DNA of 64,000 nt, taken from NCBI GenBank assembly GCA_963677745.1, contig OY782391.1, positions 1,152,001 to 1,216,000 on the forward strand, read 5' to 3'. The notes below the pieces were generated by a model that was not told where the DNA came from, did no database searches, and saw nothing but the letters and a program-made list of their open reading frames with translations. The translations under genes were made by a program, and so were the position numbers. Each line of letters starts with the position of its first letter. Positions within the stretch are counted from its first letter, which is position 1. Source of the DNA: Candidatus Altimarinota bacterium (GTDB taxonomy: Bacteria; Patescibacteriota; Gracilibacteria; UBA1369). This document shows positions 1 through 8,776 of this stretch, one piece after another.

Positions 1-260
1 TGCCTGCCAATACTTATGACAGTCTGGAAGGGACCAGAAATCTCTGCAAATTGCCCGGAAAAAACGGCAACTATAAAGCGCCGCGACTGATGGAATTACA
101 CCAGTTTCTGCTTAATGAAAGTTTTCAGGAGGCTCATAATGCCGAAAAAGACGTGGAGGCCCTCTCCCGCTGCGTCAAGGTGTTACTGCAACAGGGATTA
201 TATCAACCGGTGCTGCAACAAAAGCAGGAGAGTTCCAGCGAACAGACGGCACTTTTTTGA
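1..260 (+). CDS. 3'-5' exonuclease, DnaQ/DEDDh family (C-terminal part; truncated by window start)
   Basis: Frame is open from position 3; KAPRLMELHQFL..F..AHNAEKDVEAL matches the ExoIII HxAxxD motif. Confidence 0.75.
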   Translation, partial: PANTYDSLEGTRNLCKLPGKNGNYKAPRLMELHQFLLNESFQEAHNAEKDVEALSRCVKVLLQQGLYQPVLQQKQESSSEQTALF

Positions 261-392
261 CATCGGTCCGGGCGGGAAGTTGCATAATTAGAAAATTATC
301 TCTATTTAATACAACCCGAATTTGCGGCTTTAGAGTAATCCGCAGGGTTGACTTAGGTTATATTAGGCGCAAAGCCAATAACCAATTTAAGC

Positions 393-3086
393 ATGCAAAA
401 ATCTTTTTCCATGGTAGCCAGGCTGCTCCTGATGGGGTATTTGATCGGGATTATTCCCGCTGCCGCCATCGCCCAGCAGGCCACCATTTTTTCCGATGTC
501 ACCACGGACACACAGTACTCCGAGGCCATCAAATATCTGAAGGACAATAATGTCGTTCAGGGCTATCCGGATGGCACCTTTGCACCGGCTACCAATATCA
601 ACCGCGCTGAGTTTACCAAGATTCTGGTGGGTGCGGTGGCGGGCAGCGACGTAAGCGGCTCCAACTGCTTCCCCGATGTCAAAGACGAATGGTTTGCTCC
701 CTATGTCTGTACCGCCAAGAAATTGAATCTGGTGGACGGCTATCCCGACGGGACTTTCAAACCGGCCGAACCGATCAATTTTGCCGAGGCTGCCAAGATC
801 ATCGCCAATGCTTTCCGGATTCAGCTGGGTGCTGACGATCCTTCTGCCTGGTTCAAGAAATACATAACCGCCCTGCAGATTGAAAAAGCTATCCCGCTTT
901 CCGTCGAATATTTTGACGAAAAAATCACCCGCGACGAGATGTCCGAAATTATCTGGCGTATCAAGGCCGATAAACAGGATCTTACCAGCCGCACTTATCA
1001 GGAATTAAGCGGCGAGGGACTGGTGACAGTCGGATCCTGCCGCGAACTGGAAGACCGCATGAAAAGTGTCATGACATCCCCCTATCCAATTTTATATGAC
1101 GCGATTCCCCTGGACGGAATGGGAGCCGTAGAAGAAGCGGTACCGGCTGCCGCGCCATCTACCAGTGATTCGAAATCTTCTTCTTATACCGGCGCGGGAG
1201 CATCCGCCGATTATTCAACCACCAATATCCAGGAGGCTGGAGTTGATGAAGCCGATGTTATCAAAAACGACGGCAAATATATTTATCTGATCAAGGGCAA
1301 TACCATCCGTATAGTAAACGCCTATCCGGCTTCCGAAATGAAAGAACTGATCAGTTTTCAATTGGGGCCCCAGGATGAATATTTCTATCCCAATGAGATG
1401 TATGTGAACGGCGATACTCTGATCGCCATGGGATCGGCCAGTATCAGCTACCCGATGCCGCTTGCCGATACGACGGTCTCCTCCGATACCGTCACCAGCG
1501 ATTACAAGATGATGCCTCCTTATTATGGCGGTTCCAAATCCAAGGTCTATATCGTCAACATTGCCGACCGGATGAAACCAAAAGTGATCAGGACTATCGA
1601 TATTGACGGCAGTTACAACACTTCCCGCCGTATTGGTGACACTCTTTATCTGGTATTGAATCAATACCCTTATTTCCCTTACTGGAAAGGCAATCAGGAA
1701 ATCGCCAATTTTGCCGATTATCTGCCCAAGATGTCCGATTCCAAGGATGATAAGGTTGTACCGGTGTCCAGTTGCGATCAAATCCGACTGATGCCGAAAC
1801 CGAAGAGTTTCAACTTCTTGATTACTGCAGCTATTCCCCTTAATGATCTGAGCAAACCGGTTTCCCGCAGTGTGATCGTCGGCAGCAGCGACAACGTCTA
1901 TTCCTCAACCAGCAATTTGTATGTTGCCTCCACCGACTGGTCGGGTCCCTACTATTACAACAACAACCCTTCCACCAAGATCTACCGATTCGCTTTGTCT
2001 GCAGGCAAACTGGAATATAAGGCCGAGGGAGTGGTCCCCGGCACTGTTCTCAACCAGTTTTCCATGGATGAGCATCGCAGTAATTTCCGCATCGCCACTA
2101 CTGAAACCAGTTATGTGATGGGAGACAGCCGCACCACCAACAATCTCTTTATCCTGGGCCCGGACATGAAAATGCTGGGGAAACTGCAGGATATTGCACC
2201 GGGAGAAAAGATCTTTTCGGTACGTTTGCTGGGAGACCGCGGCTATATGGTTACCTTCAAATATGTTGATCCGCTTTTCGCCCTGGATTTGAGCAATCCT
2301 GCCAGTCCCAAGGTTCTGGGAAAACTAAAAATACCCGGCTACAGTGATTATCTGCATCCTTATGATGAAAACCATCTGATCGGTTTCGGCAAAGATGTTG
2401 ATCCGGCCGAAATAGCCAAAGACCAGGATTTCATTTATTACACGGCGGTCAGGGGTTTCAAGATGGGTTTGTTTGACGTGACTGATGCCACCAATCCCAA
2501 AGAAATGTACAGTGAAGTGATCGGGGATCAGGGGACTTATTCCGAACTTCTGTACAATCATAAAGCCCTGCTGTTCGACAAGGAAAAGAATCTGATTGCT
2601 TTCCCCATTACTGTCACCCAGATGCCGGCCGATCAACCGCAGATCTGCAAGAACTTCACCTATTCCACCTGTCCCGACAGTTGCAACAAGATTTGCCAAT
2701 CCAAATGTACCTATGAGAACGGCATAACTATTTGCGACCAGAGCTGTGACGGCGCGAACAGCTGCCAGGAGTCAAACTATGTTTATCCCAAGACGGTTTT
2801 CGATGGAGCTTATGTCTATGGATTGGATCTGGCCACCGGCTTCAAACTCAAAGGCAAAATCACCCATCTGACCACTCAGGAACAGGCCGAATTACTGGCC
2901 AACGGTTATGGCAATTGGGAAAAAACCATCCAGAGAATTATCTATATCGGCGACACGCTCTATACCGTATCCCAGGGCGCGGTCAAAGCCAACAGTCTGG
3001 CCGACTCGCTGAGGGAACTGAAGATGATCGAATTGGCCGGAACTATCTGGAATATCTCCTATGGTGTCGAGCCGATGGTTAAATAA
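393..3086 (+). CDS. Secreted SLH-domain protein with C-terminal beta-propeller (Beta_propel family)
   Basis: Signal peptide; SLH motifs FSDV..GYPDGTF.P...INRAEF; YSTTNIQEAGVDEADVIKNDG, LNQFSMDE, VTFKYVDPLF and LKIPGYSDYLHP are typical of the family. Confidence 0.85.
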   Translation: MQKSFSMVARLLLMGYLIGIIPAAAIAQQATIFSDVTTDTQYSEAIKYLKDNNVVQGYPDGTFAPATNINRAEFTKILVGAVAGSDVSGSNCFPDVKDEWFAPYVCTAKKLNLVDGYPDGTFKPAEPINFAEAAKIIANAFRIQLGADDPSAWFKKYITALQIEKAIPLSVEYFDEKITRDEMSEIIWRIKADKQDLTSRTYQELSGEGLVTVGSCRELEDRMKSVMTSPYPILYDAIPLDGMGAVEEAVPAAAPSTSDSKSSSYTGAGASADYSTTNIQEAGVDEADVIKNDGKYIYLIKGNTIRIVNAYPASEMKELISFQLGPQDEYFYPNEMYVNGDTLIAMGSASISYPMPLADTTVSSDTVTSDYKMMPPYYGGSKSKVYIVNIADRMKPKVIRTIDIDGSYNTSRRIGDTLYLVLNQYPYFPYWKGNQEIANFADYLPKMSDSKDDKVVPVSSCDQIRLMPKPKSFNFLITAAIPLNDLSKPVSRSVIVGSSDNVYSSTSNLYVASTDWSGPYYYNNNPSTKIYRFALSAGKLEYKAEGVVPGTVLNQFSMDEHRSNFRIATTETSYVMGDSRTTNNLFILGPDMKMLGKLQDIAPGEKIFSVRLLGDRGYMVTFKYVDPLFALDLSNPASPKVLGKLKIPGYSDYLHPYDENHLIGFGKDVDPAEIAKDQDFIYYTAVRGFKMGLFDVTDATNPKEMYSEVIGDQGTYSELLYNHKALLFDKEKNLIAFPITVTQMPADQPQICKNFTYSTCPDSCNKICQSKCTYENGITICDQSCDGANSCQESNYVYPKTVFDGAYVYGLDLATGFKLKGKITHLTTQEQAELLANGYGNWEKTIQRIIYIGDTLYTVSQGAVKANSLADSLRELKMIELAGTIWNISYGVEPMVK

Positions 3087-3147
3087 TAAGCGCACTAGAA
3101 CGGAAATCGAAGACAAAAAAAATCGTGAAATAATGTGAAAATTCCCT

Positions 3148-3176
3148 AAGAGCCCCGCGCAGCGGGGCTCTTTTTT
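3148..3176 (+). terminator. Intrinsic terminator between convergent genes, possibly bidirectional
   Basis: aagagccccgc-gca-gcggggctctt perfect stem followed by a T-run. Confidence 0.85.
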
Positions 3177-3525
3177 ATTTCTTGGGCGAGGTCCGTTTTT
3201 CCAGTGATTGCATCTCCAGCGTCAGAATCAGACTCAGGGCGCCTCTGATGGCGATCAGTGCGGCCAGTTTGCCCAGTGACTCCCAGGTGGAATGTTCAAA
3301 AACCGTCAGGATGTCCACGGCGATAAAAAACTCCATTCCCATGATCAGTTTGGAGGCGAAGCTTTTGCGGTTTTGTTTCTCCACTTCCAGGTCATTTTTT
3401 CCGCTCAAATCTCCCAGCAGCACGCGGAATGCCGCTTCCAGGCCTCCCCATAATACGAACACTATTCCGCAGATATTAAGTGCAAAATTGACCGTGTTTA
3501 CTATTGTCGACAGAATCTGATCCAT
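3175..3525 (-). CDS. DUF1622-family membrane protein
   Basis: R..F...L..G.EF.IA.DIL.T....TW..LG.LA.LIAIR..LS..L..E pattern. Confidence 0.8.
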   Translation of the reverse strand: MDQILSTIVNTVNFALNICGIVFVLWGGLEAAFRVLLGDLSGKNDLEVEKQNRKSFASKLIMGMEFFIAVDILTVFEHSTWESLGKLAALIAIRGALSLILTLEMQSLEKRTSPKK

Positions 3526-3616
3526 TTTTGAGCCGGTTACCGAAATTAAGCTATCCCATTATTTTAGCATTTATTTCGGTAAATTTCATGTTAAATTAAA
3601 GAAAAAGAATTAAATT

Positions 3617-4720
3617 ATGCTTAGAGCAATACTGGTTGACTGCTTGCCGCTGGACATTGGGCGTGAAGATGCCGAGTTTCGCATGCAGGAAGCCGAAAGC
3701 CTGATCAAAACTTATGGCGGGGTGGTGCTACTGAAGTCCTATCAGAAAAAACTTAACCCGGTTTACAAGACCTACCTGGGTACGGGTAAGTTGGAGGAAT
3801 TGATGGAGGAGGGACGGCGTCTTGGAGCCAATATATTTATCATTAATAATGAACTCAAACCGCTCCAGACCTATAACCTGAGTGAGATTCTGAGGAAGGT
3901 TAACATTCAGGTCTGGGATAGAATTGATCTGATCCTGAAAATATTCCAGAAACACGCTCAGACCAAGGAAGCTCAGCTGGAAATTGAGCTGGCCAGTTTC
4001 CGCCATATGGGGCCGCGCATTTACGGAATGGGAATGATACTTTCCAGACAGGGAGGGGGCATCGGCGGCCGGGGAATCGGTGAAACCAATACCGAGATCA
4101 TGAAACGGCATATTGCCGCCAACATCCGGAAAATTGAGCAGGATCTGGAAAAAGCCCGCTCCAACCGCGAACTGCACCGCGCCGGCCGCCGCCGAAAAAA
4201 CTTTTTTTCCGTGGGTATAGTCGGATATACCAATGTCGGCAAATCCAGCCTCCTTAACGCCCTTACCCACAAGGGCGCTTACGCCGCTGACGAACTGTTT
4301 GCCACGTTGGATACCCGCGTAGCAAAACTCCACCTGCCCGACGACTGCCGCGAGGTGTTGCTCACCGACACAATCGGTTTTATCCAGGATTTACCGCCCG
4401 ACCTGATTAAATCATTCCAGTCCACCCTGGACGAAACCATCGAATCCGATCTGCTATTGCATGTGATTGATTTGAGCGATCCCCGCTGGGAATACAAAAT
4501 CTCGGTGGTCAACGAAGTACTAGGTAATCTGGATGCCATCCACAAGCCGATAATTTATGTATTTAATAAAATCGATCTGCTGCCGCCCGGTTATGATTAC
4601 GAGGTCGTGAAAAAACAGTTTGAACGTTTTCATCCCTGTTTTACTTCTTCCCTGAAACGCACCGGCCTGCCCGAATTGTTGGAAACCATCAAAGCCCACC
4701 TTCCCCAATGGCAATCCTGA
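3617..4720 (+). CDS. hflX: GTPase HflX
   Basis: GYTNVGKS P-loop, LFATLD, DTIGFI, NKID; N-terminal LILKIF..HAQTKEAQLEIELA and RGIGET. Confidence 0.96.
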   Translation: MLRAILVDCLPLDIGREDAEFRMQEAESLIKTYGGVVLLKSYQKKLNPVYKTYLGTGKLEELMEEGRRLGANIFIINNELKPLQTYNLSEILRKVNIQVWDRIDLILKIFQKHAQTKEAQLEIELASFRHMGPRIYGMGMILSRQGGGIGGRGIGETNTEIMKRHIAANIRKIEQDLEKARSNRELHRAGRRRKNFFSVGIVGYTNVGKSSLLNALTHKGAYAADELFATLDTRVAKLHLPDDCREVLLTDTIGFIQDLPPDLIKSFQSTLDETIESDLLLHVIDLSDPRWEYKISVVNEVLGNLDAIHKPIIYVFNKIDLLPPGYDYEVVKKQFERFHPCFTSSLKRTGLPELLETIKAHLPQWQS

Positions 4721-4928
4721 CTCCTGCCTGGTTCTTTTTGGGGACCGGCGAAGTTCGCAAAGGTAAGAAAATCTTACGTTTGTTAACTTAACCAGCCGCT
4801 AATGTATGACCGGCGGACATTGTAGAAGTACAAAAAAAAATAAATAAAATAAATTGTACTTTTACGGACAGCGATATTGCCATGGATTCCCCATCGCCAG
4901 ATCTCCCACAGTGTTATATCTTCCCCGA

Positions 4929-6062
4929 TCAGTCCGTTAAAACTTCAAAAGTCTGTTCGGCGGCTTTTTCCCAGCTGAATTTAGCCAGCTGCCGGTCGCC
5001 TTCCGCGATCAGCCGGGAGATCAGCACACCGTCCGCCACCAGACGTTTCAGTCCAACGCTGATTTCCTCAACTTTCTCCGGATCAACCAGAAAGGCCGCT
5101 TTCCCGGCCACTTCGGGCATGGAGCTGACTTTGGAGGTCAGAACAGGGCGGCGGTAGGCAAAAGCCTCCAGAATGGGCAGTCCGAATCCTTCGTATTTGG
5201 AAGGAAAAGCAAACAGTCGGCATTTGGTGAGCAGATATCTTTTCTCCGTTTCGCTGATATATCCGGTGACGATGACATCGTTTTCCAGTCCGAGTTCCAG
5301 AATTTTTTCTTCAATTTCCTCATAGCCCATTCCCTCCTTGCCGGCCAGTACCAGTTTCCAATCCGGATATTCGTTCAGCAGGCGTGAAAAAGCCTCCACC
5401 AGCCGTACCAGGTTTTTTTTGAATTCGACCCGTCCGACATAGAGCATCACCAGGTCTTTTTCCGAAATTCCCAGCCGTCCCAGGATCTGCTCTTTTTCCT
5501 GATCGGACCATTTTTTGAGCAGGGGATTATTTACTCCTGTGATGTCTGGTCCGCCATGATAAATCACGCTGACCTTGGCCGGATCACAATTGTAAAACTT
5601 CACCAGATCGTTTTTGGTGGCTTCACTGGGGACGATTATCTTATAAGCTTTGCGTACCGCCCTTCTGGTACTCCATTCCAGCAGAAATTTGTTTTTTAAA
5701 TCATAGGCTTTTTCAAATCCCGGTACCTTGAAGGCAATATCATGCACGGTTACGACGGTTTTCTTGGGCAGCCACAGCGGCAAAATGTGTGAAGGCACAA
5801 ACAGCAGATCGACCGGATGGGTGAAAAGTTCCCAGGACAGCCGGAGCATTGTCCACAGCCGACGTCCCCGCACCACTCTTTGTTTAACATTAAAAGGCAA
5901 TTCCTCGTCGAACTGTTGTTCGGTCTGGGTATACAGGCTTACTTCCAGATGGTGGTCACGGCCCAGGATGGGAATCAGACTGTTGAGCAGATGATAGGAA
6001 TACCATTCCACGCCGGTGGGTTCATTGATTTTATATCTGGATGCGTCGATGCCGATCTTCAT
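4929..6062 (-). CDS. Glycosyltransferase family 4 (GT-B)
   Basis: MKIGIDA, TGVEWY, VTVHD, KNL.RL.EAF, FPSKYEGFGLPILEA, FSWEKAA. Confidence 0.92.
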   Translation of the reverse strand: MKIGIDASRYKINEPTGVEWYSYHLLNSLIPILGRDHHLEVSLYTQTEQQFDEELPFNVKQRVVRGRRLWTMLRLSWELFTHPVDLLFVPSHILPLWLPKKTVVTVHDIAFKVPGFEKAYDLKNKFLLEWSTRRAVRKAYKIIVPSEATKNDLVKFYNCDPAKVSVIYHGGPDITGVNNPLLKKWSDQEKEQILGRLGISEKDLVMLYVGRVEFKKNLVRLVEAFSRLLNEYPDWKLVLAGKEGMGYEEIEEKILELGLENDVIVTGYISETEKRYLLTKCRLFAFPSKYEGFGLPILEAFAYRRPVLTSKVSSMPEVAGKAAFLVDPEKVEEISVGLKRLVADGVLISRLIAEGDRQLAKFSWEKAAEQTFEVLTD

Positions 6063-6138
6063 CGGGAAGTGGAGGTAAATAAAGCGGGTAAAGCCGACAG
6101 GATATGACAGGATAGAGGTCCGATCATAGACTAAACTA

Positions 6139-6831
6139 CTACATTTGTCTAGCCAGCACCAGGCCGTAAACTACGGCCGCGCCGGCCTGCCTCAAAGTTT
6201 CCGCGATTTCCTCCAGTGTGGCCAGCGTGGTGGCCACATCGTCCACCACCAGTATCCGCTTGCCCGCCAGCGGCGCGGCCGACACCGCAAAAGCCCCTTT
6301 GAGGTTTTCCAGCCTTTGCCGCCTGTCCAGCTCCATTTGCGGGCGGCTCTCCCGGACTTTGATCAACATCTCCTGCCGGGGCAGATTAACGTCCAGTCCT
6401 TTGGCCAGCCGCTCGGTTTGATTAAAGCCCCTCAGCCGCAATTTTTTGCGGCTGAGGGGTGTCCAGGTGATCAGATCAAAATGGTCCTCCATAAACGTCT
6501 TAAAATCACTTTGAACCCGGCAGTTCAGCAGTTTGGCCAGTTCCGCCCCGTAATCCGTCATTCCACCGTATTTATATAAATGTAGCATTTTGGCCAGCAT
6601 CCCATCCTTACTGTAATTAAAAGCCACCGCCACCCCCCGCAACGCCGATTCCCAGCAGAAGGGACAGACCAGTCCCCATTCGCTGTCCCTGCGGCAGCGC
6701 GGGCACAGCTGCTTTTCGGGTGCCACGATCTGCTGCCGGCAGGCTTCACAAAGCAACAAATCATCCTGGCCGCACCCGGCACAGGTGATAGGGAACAGCC
6801 AGTCCAATATTTTTTTAAAAAATTTCAGCAT
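6139..6831 (-). CDS. comF: ComF family phosphoribosyltransferase-like competence protein
   Basis: N-terminal double zinc ribbon (4 CxxC), RGFNQ, R..NL.GAF, LVVDDVATT; ATG at 6831 preferred over the ORF-track start 6882. Confidence 0.9.
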   Translation of the reverse strand: MLKFFKKILDWLFPITCAGCGQDDLLLCEACRQQIVAPEKQLCPRCRRDSEWGLVCPFCWESALRGVAVAFNYSKDGMLAKMLHLYKYGGMTDYGAELAKLLNCRVQSDFKTFMEDHFDLITWTPLSRKKLRLRGFNQTERLAKGLDVNLPRQEMLIKVRESRPQMELDRRQRLENLKGAFAVSAAPLAGKRILVVDDVATTLATLEEIAETLRQAGAAVVYGLVLARQM

Positions 6832-6933
6832 TGCTTCCAAAAAAACAAAATTTGAGTTGCAATTAACATCATAAAGCAGCAAAATAAACTAGAAATAAAT
6901 TTTGCCTAAAAATGTAAAAGTTCCAGTTTGTCT

Positions 6934-7551
6934 ATGCTCAAACCAAAATCCCAATTGAAGGTCCGGACTGCAGTCAGTCTGAGCAAAACCCGCCCACTCA
7001 AAGCAAAGAAAATTCAGCGTCTGCAGAAAGATCTGGAGCGGATTGAGAAAACCCGGAAGTCCGCGCCGCCCGCCCCCACCGGCAGAACCAAGCCCCAATC
7101 CCAGGTAGAATTACAGAATAAACTGGATCTCTGGCTGATTCCCGCCCGCGTGGCCTACTTTTTGAGCGGCCTGTATTTCCTCAGCTTTGCCGTGGTTTCC
7201 TTCATTGGAATTTTCAGTAACTTCAGCGTGATTAAACCTTTTTTTACGCTGCCTTTCGACACCAGTTTTTCCTCCTTTTTTCTGCTGGAAATCGCTGCAG
7301 TATTTTCCTTTCTGGTCAGTCTGATCTTTATTCATGCCTCCCGCTCGCCCCGGCAATATCGCTGGTTTTATTTCACCATGATTCTGGTCTATTTCCCCTA
7401 TCACTTTTTTTCCAATTTCCAGAAGATGCAGATAGAACTGTCTCAGGACTTTCTAAATTATCTTTATTTTGATACCATCATCATGGCCGTTTTCTGGATT
7501 TGTTTTTTGGCCAGTCTTTATTCCTACCTCAAGCAAAAACCTCAACCATAA
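6934..7551 (+). CDS. Hypothetical membrane protein (basic N-terminus, about 4 TM segments)
   Basis: Lys-rich N-terminus followed by aromatic hydrophobic segments. Confidence 0.6.
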   Translation: MLKPKSQLKVRTAVSLSKTRPLKAKKIQRLQKDLERIEKTRKSAPPAPTGRTKPQSQVELQNKLDLWLIPARVAYFLSGLYFLSFAVVSFIGIFSNFSVIKPFFTLPFDTSFSSFFLLEIAAVFSFLVSLIFIHASRSPRQYRWFYFTMILVYFPYHFFSNFQKMQIELSQDFLNYLYFDTIIMAVFWICFLASLYSYLKQKPQP

Positions 7552-7563
7552 ACTCTCACTACT

Positions 7564-8043
7564 ATGCAAGACCAATCCACTCCCCAACAGCCACCGATGG
7601 ATAACGGCGCAATGCCCGCCCCCGGAGGAATGAAACCCCCCGCACCACAGCCCGAGGACACCACCCCCGCCAATTTTCAGTTGGGAGCCCTGCTGCCGGC
7701 TGAGCTCACGGTCAAAGTACCCGCCCACAGTCTGACTTTTGACGAAGGGCACTTCCTGCGTTTGCTGGCCGGATCCATTTCGCTCAGCCGCGACGAAAAG
7801 AAACGCATTATCGACACTATTCCCAAGCTCAAGCAGAGCCAGGTGGACGAACTGGTACGCATCTTCGAGGAGGAAAAATTCAAATTCTCCCAGCTATCCA
7901 AAAAGCATGTTCCCCAGCTGGAAAAACTGGCCAAGCAGCATTATCAGGACTGGATGGATTTGGAAACCGCCTATCACGCCGATCAGAAGAAGGCCACCGA
8001 CCAGGCCGCCGCCGACGACATTCGCAAATCCCTGGGGCTGTAA
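7564..8043 (+). CDS. Hypothetical helical protein with Pro-rich N-terminus
   Basis: Good coding character; LLAGSISLSRDEKKRII..IPKL...QVDELVRIFEEEK core; 12 bp after the upstream gene. Confidence 0.75.
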   Translation: MQDQSTPQQPPMDNGAMPAPGGMKPPAPQPEDTTPANFQLGALLPAELTVKVPAHSLTFDEGHFLRLLAGSISLSRDEKKRIIDTIPKLKQSQVDELVRIFEEEKFKFSQLSKKHVPQLEKLAKQHYQDWMDLETAYHADQKKATDQAAADDIRKSLGL

Positions 8044-8103
8044 ATAGTCGCAGCCACAAAGTTTCAATAATCAACAATTAAATAAAAACCTAATCCAACT
8101 ACC

Positions 8104-8769
8104 ATGAACAGAAAAACAATTTTTACCCTCTCTGCTATCCTGCTCACCGCTGCCATTCTGACCGGCTGTCAGGAGGAAACTCCCATTCAACAGGGTATTC
8201 CTCAAACCAATTCAGGAAAGAATATAAACAGTATTAAAGAGCCTGTTGATAAAAATCAAAACGCGACCCAGTCTTTAGTAACACCTTCCACACCGGCCAG
8301 CGAAGCAGACAAAGCAGCCTTTGAGGGGGCCCTGCAATTAAAAGACAAGTTATTTTGTGAGAAAATCATTGATGCAAAATACAAAGCATATTGTCTCAAA
8401 ACAGTAAATAGTTCTATTGCCAATTCAAATGCCCAAATTACTGATAATTCAACTGACTGTGATAAGTTAAGTACGGCAGATCTTCAAAGTGCCTGTAAAA
8501 TTAATCTGGAGGTACAGAAAGCCAGGGAGCAAAAAGAACTGGAAATACAAAAGGCCAATGAAGACAGATCAGCACTATTAACAGAAATTATTGCTTCAGG
8601 GAGTGTACAGGAATGTTCAAAGTTGGATACCGAAGGTTCCAAAGCCAGCTGTGAAACAACGATTCTCAGTAATAAAGCCATAATGGCCAAAGATTCTGCA
8701 ATTTGTAGCCAGGCTTCTTCTGAAAAACTCAAAAACGCCTGTCTTGAGGCGTTTGAGTTGTCGTCCTGA
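8104..8769 (+). CDS. Lipoprotein with four C-x11-C repeats
   Basis: Lipobox LTGC; CEKIIDAKYKAYC, CDKLSTADLQSAC, CSKLDTEGSKASC, CSQASSEKLKNAC. Confidence 0.75.
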   Translation: MNRKTIFTLSAILLTAAILTGCQEETPIQQGIPQTNSGKNINSIKEPVDKNQNATQSLVTPSTPASEADKAAFEGALQLKDKLFCEKIIDAKYKAYCLKTVNSSIANSNAQITDNSTDCDKLSTADLQSACKINLEVQKAREQKELEIQKANEDRSALLTEIIASGSVQECSKLDTEGSKASCETTILSNKAIMAKDSAICSQASSEKLKNACLEAFELSS

Positions 8770-8776
8770 TAATTAT

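Noticed and set aside
312-392. Hairpins and GGCGCAAAGCC upstream of the SLH/propeller gene, resembling a c-di-GMP-I riboswitch
   Set aside because: No GNRA-capped P2 or tetraloop receptor seen; only a partial motif match
6096-6114. gacaggata direct repeat with 10-bp period upstream of the glycosyltransferase gene
   Set aside because: Only two short copies; could be an operator but cannot be told from chance
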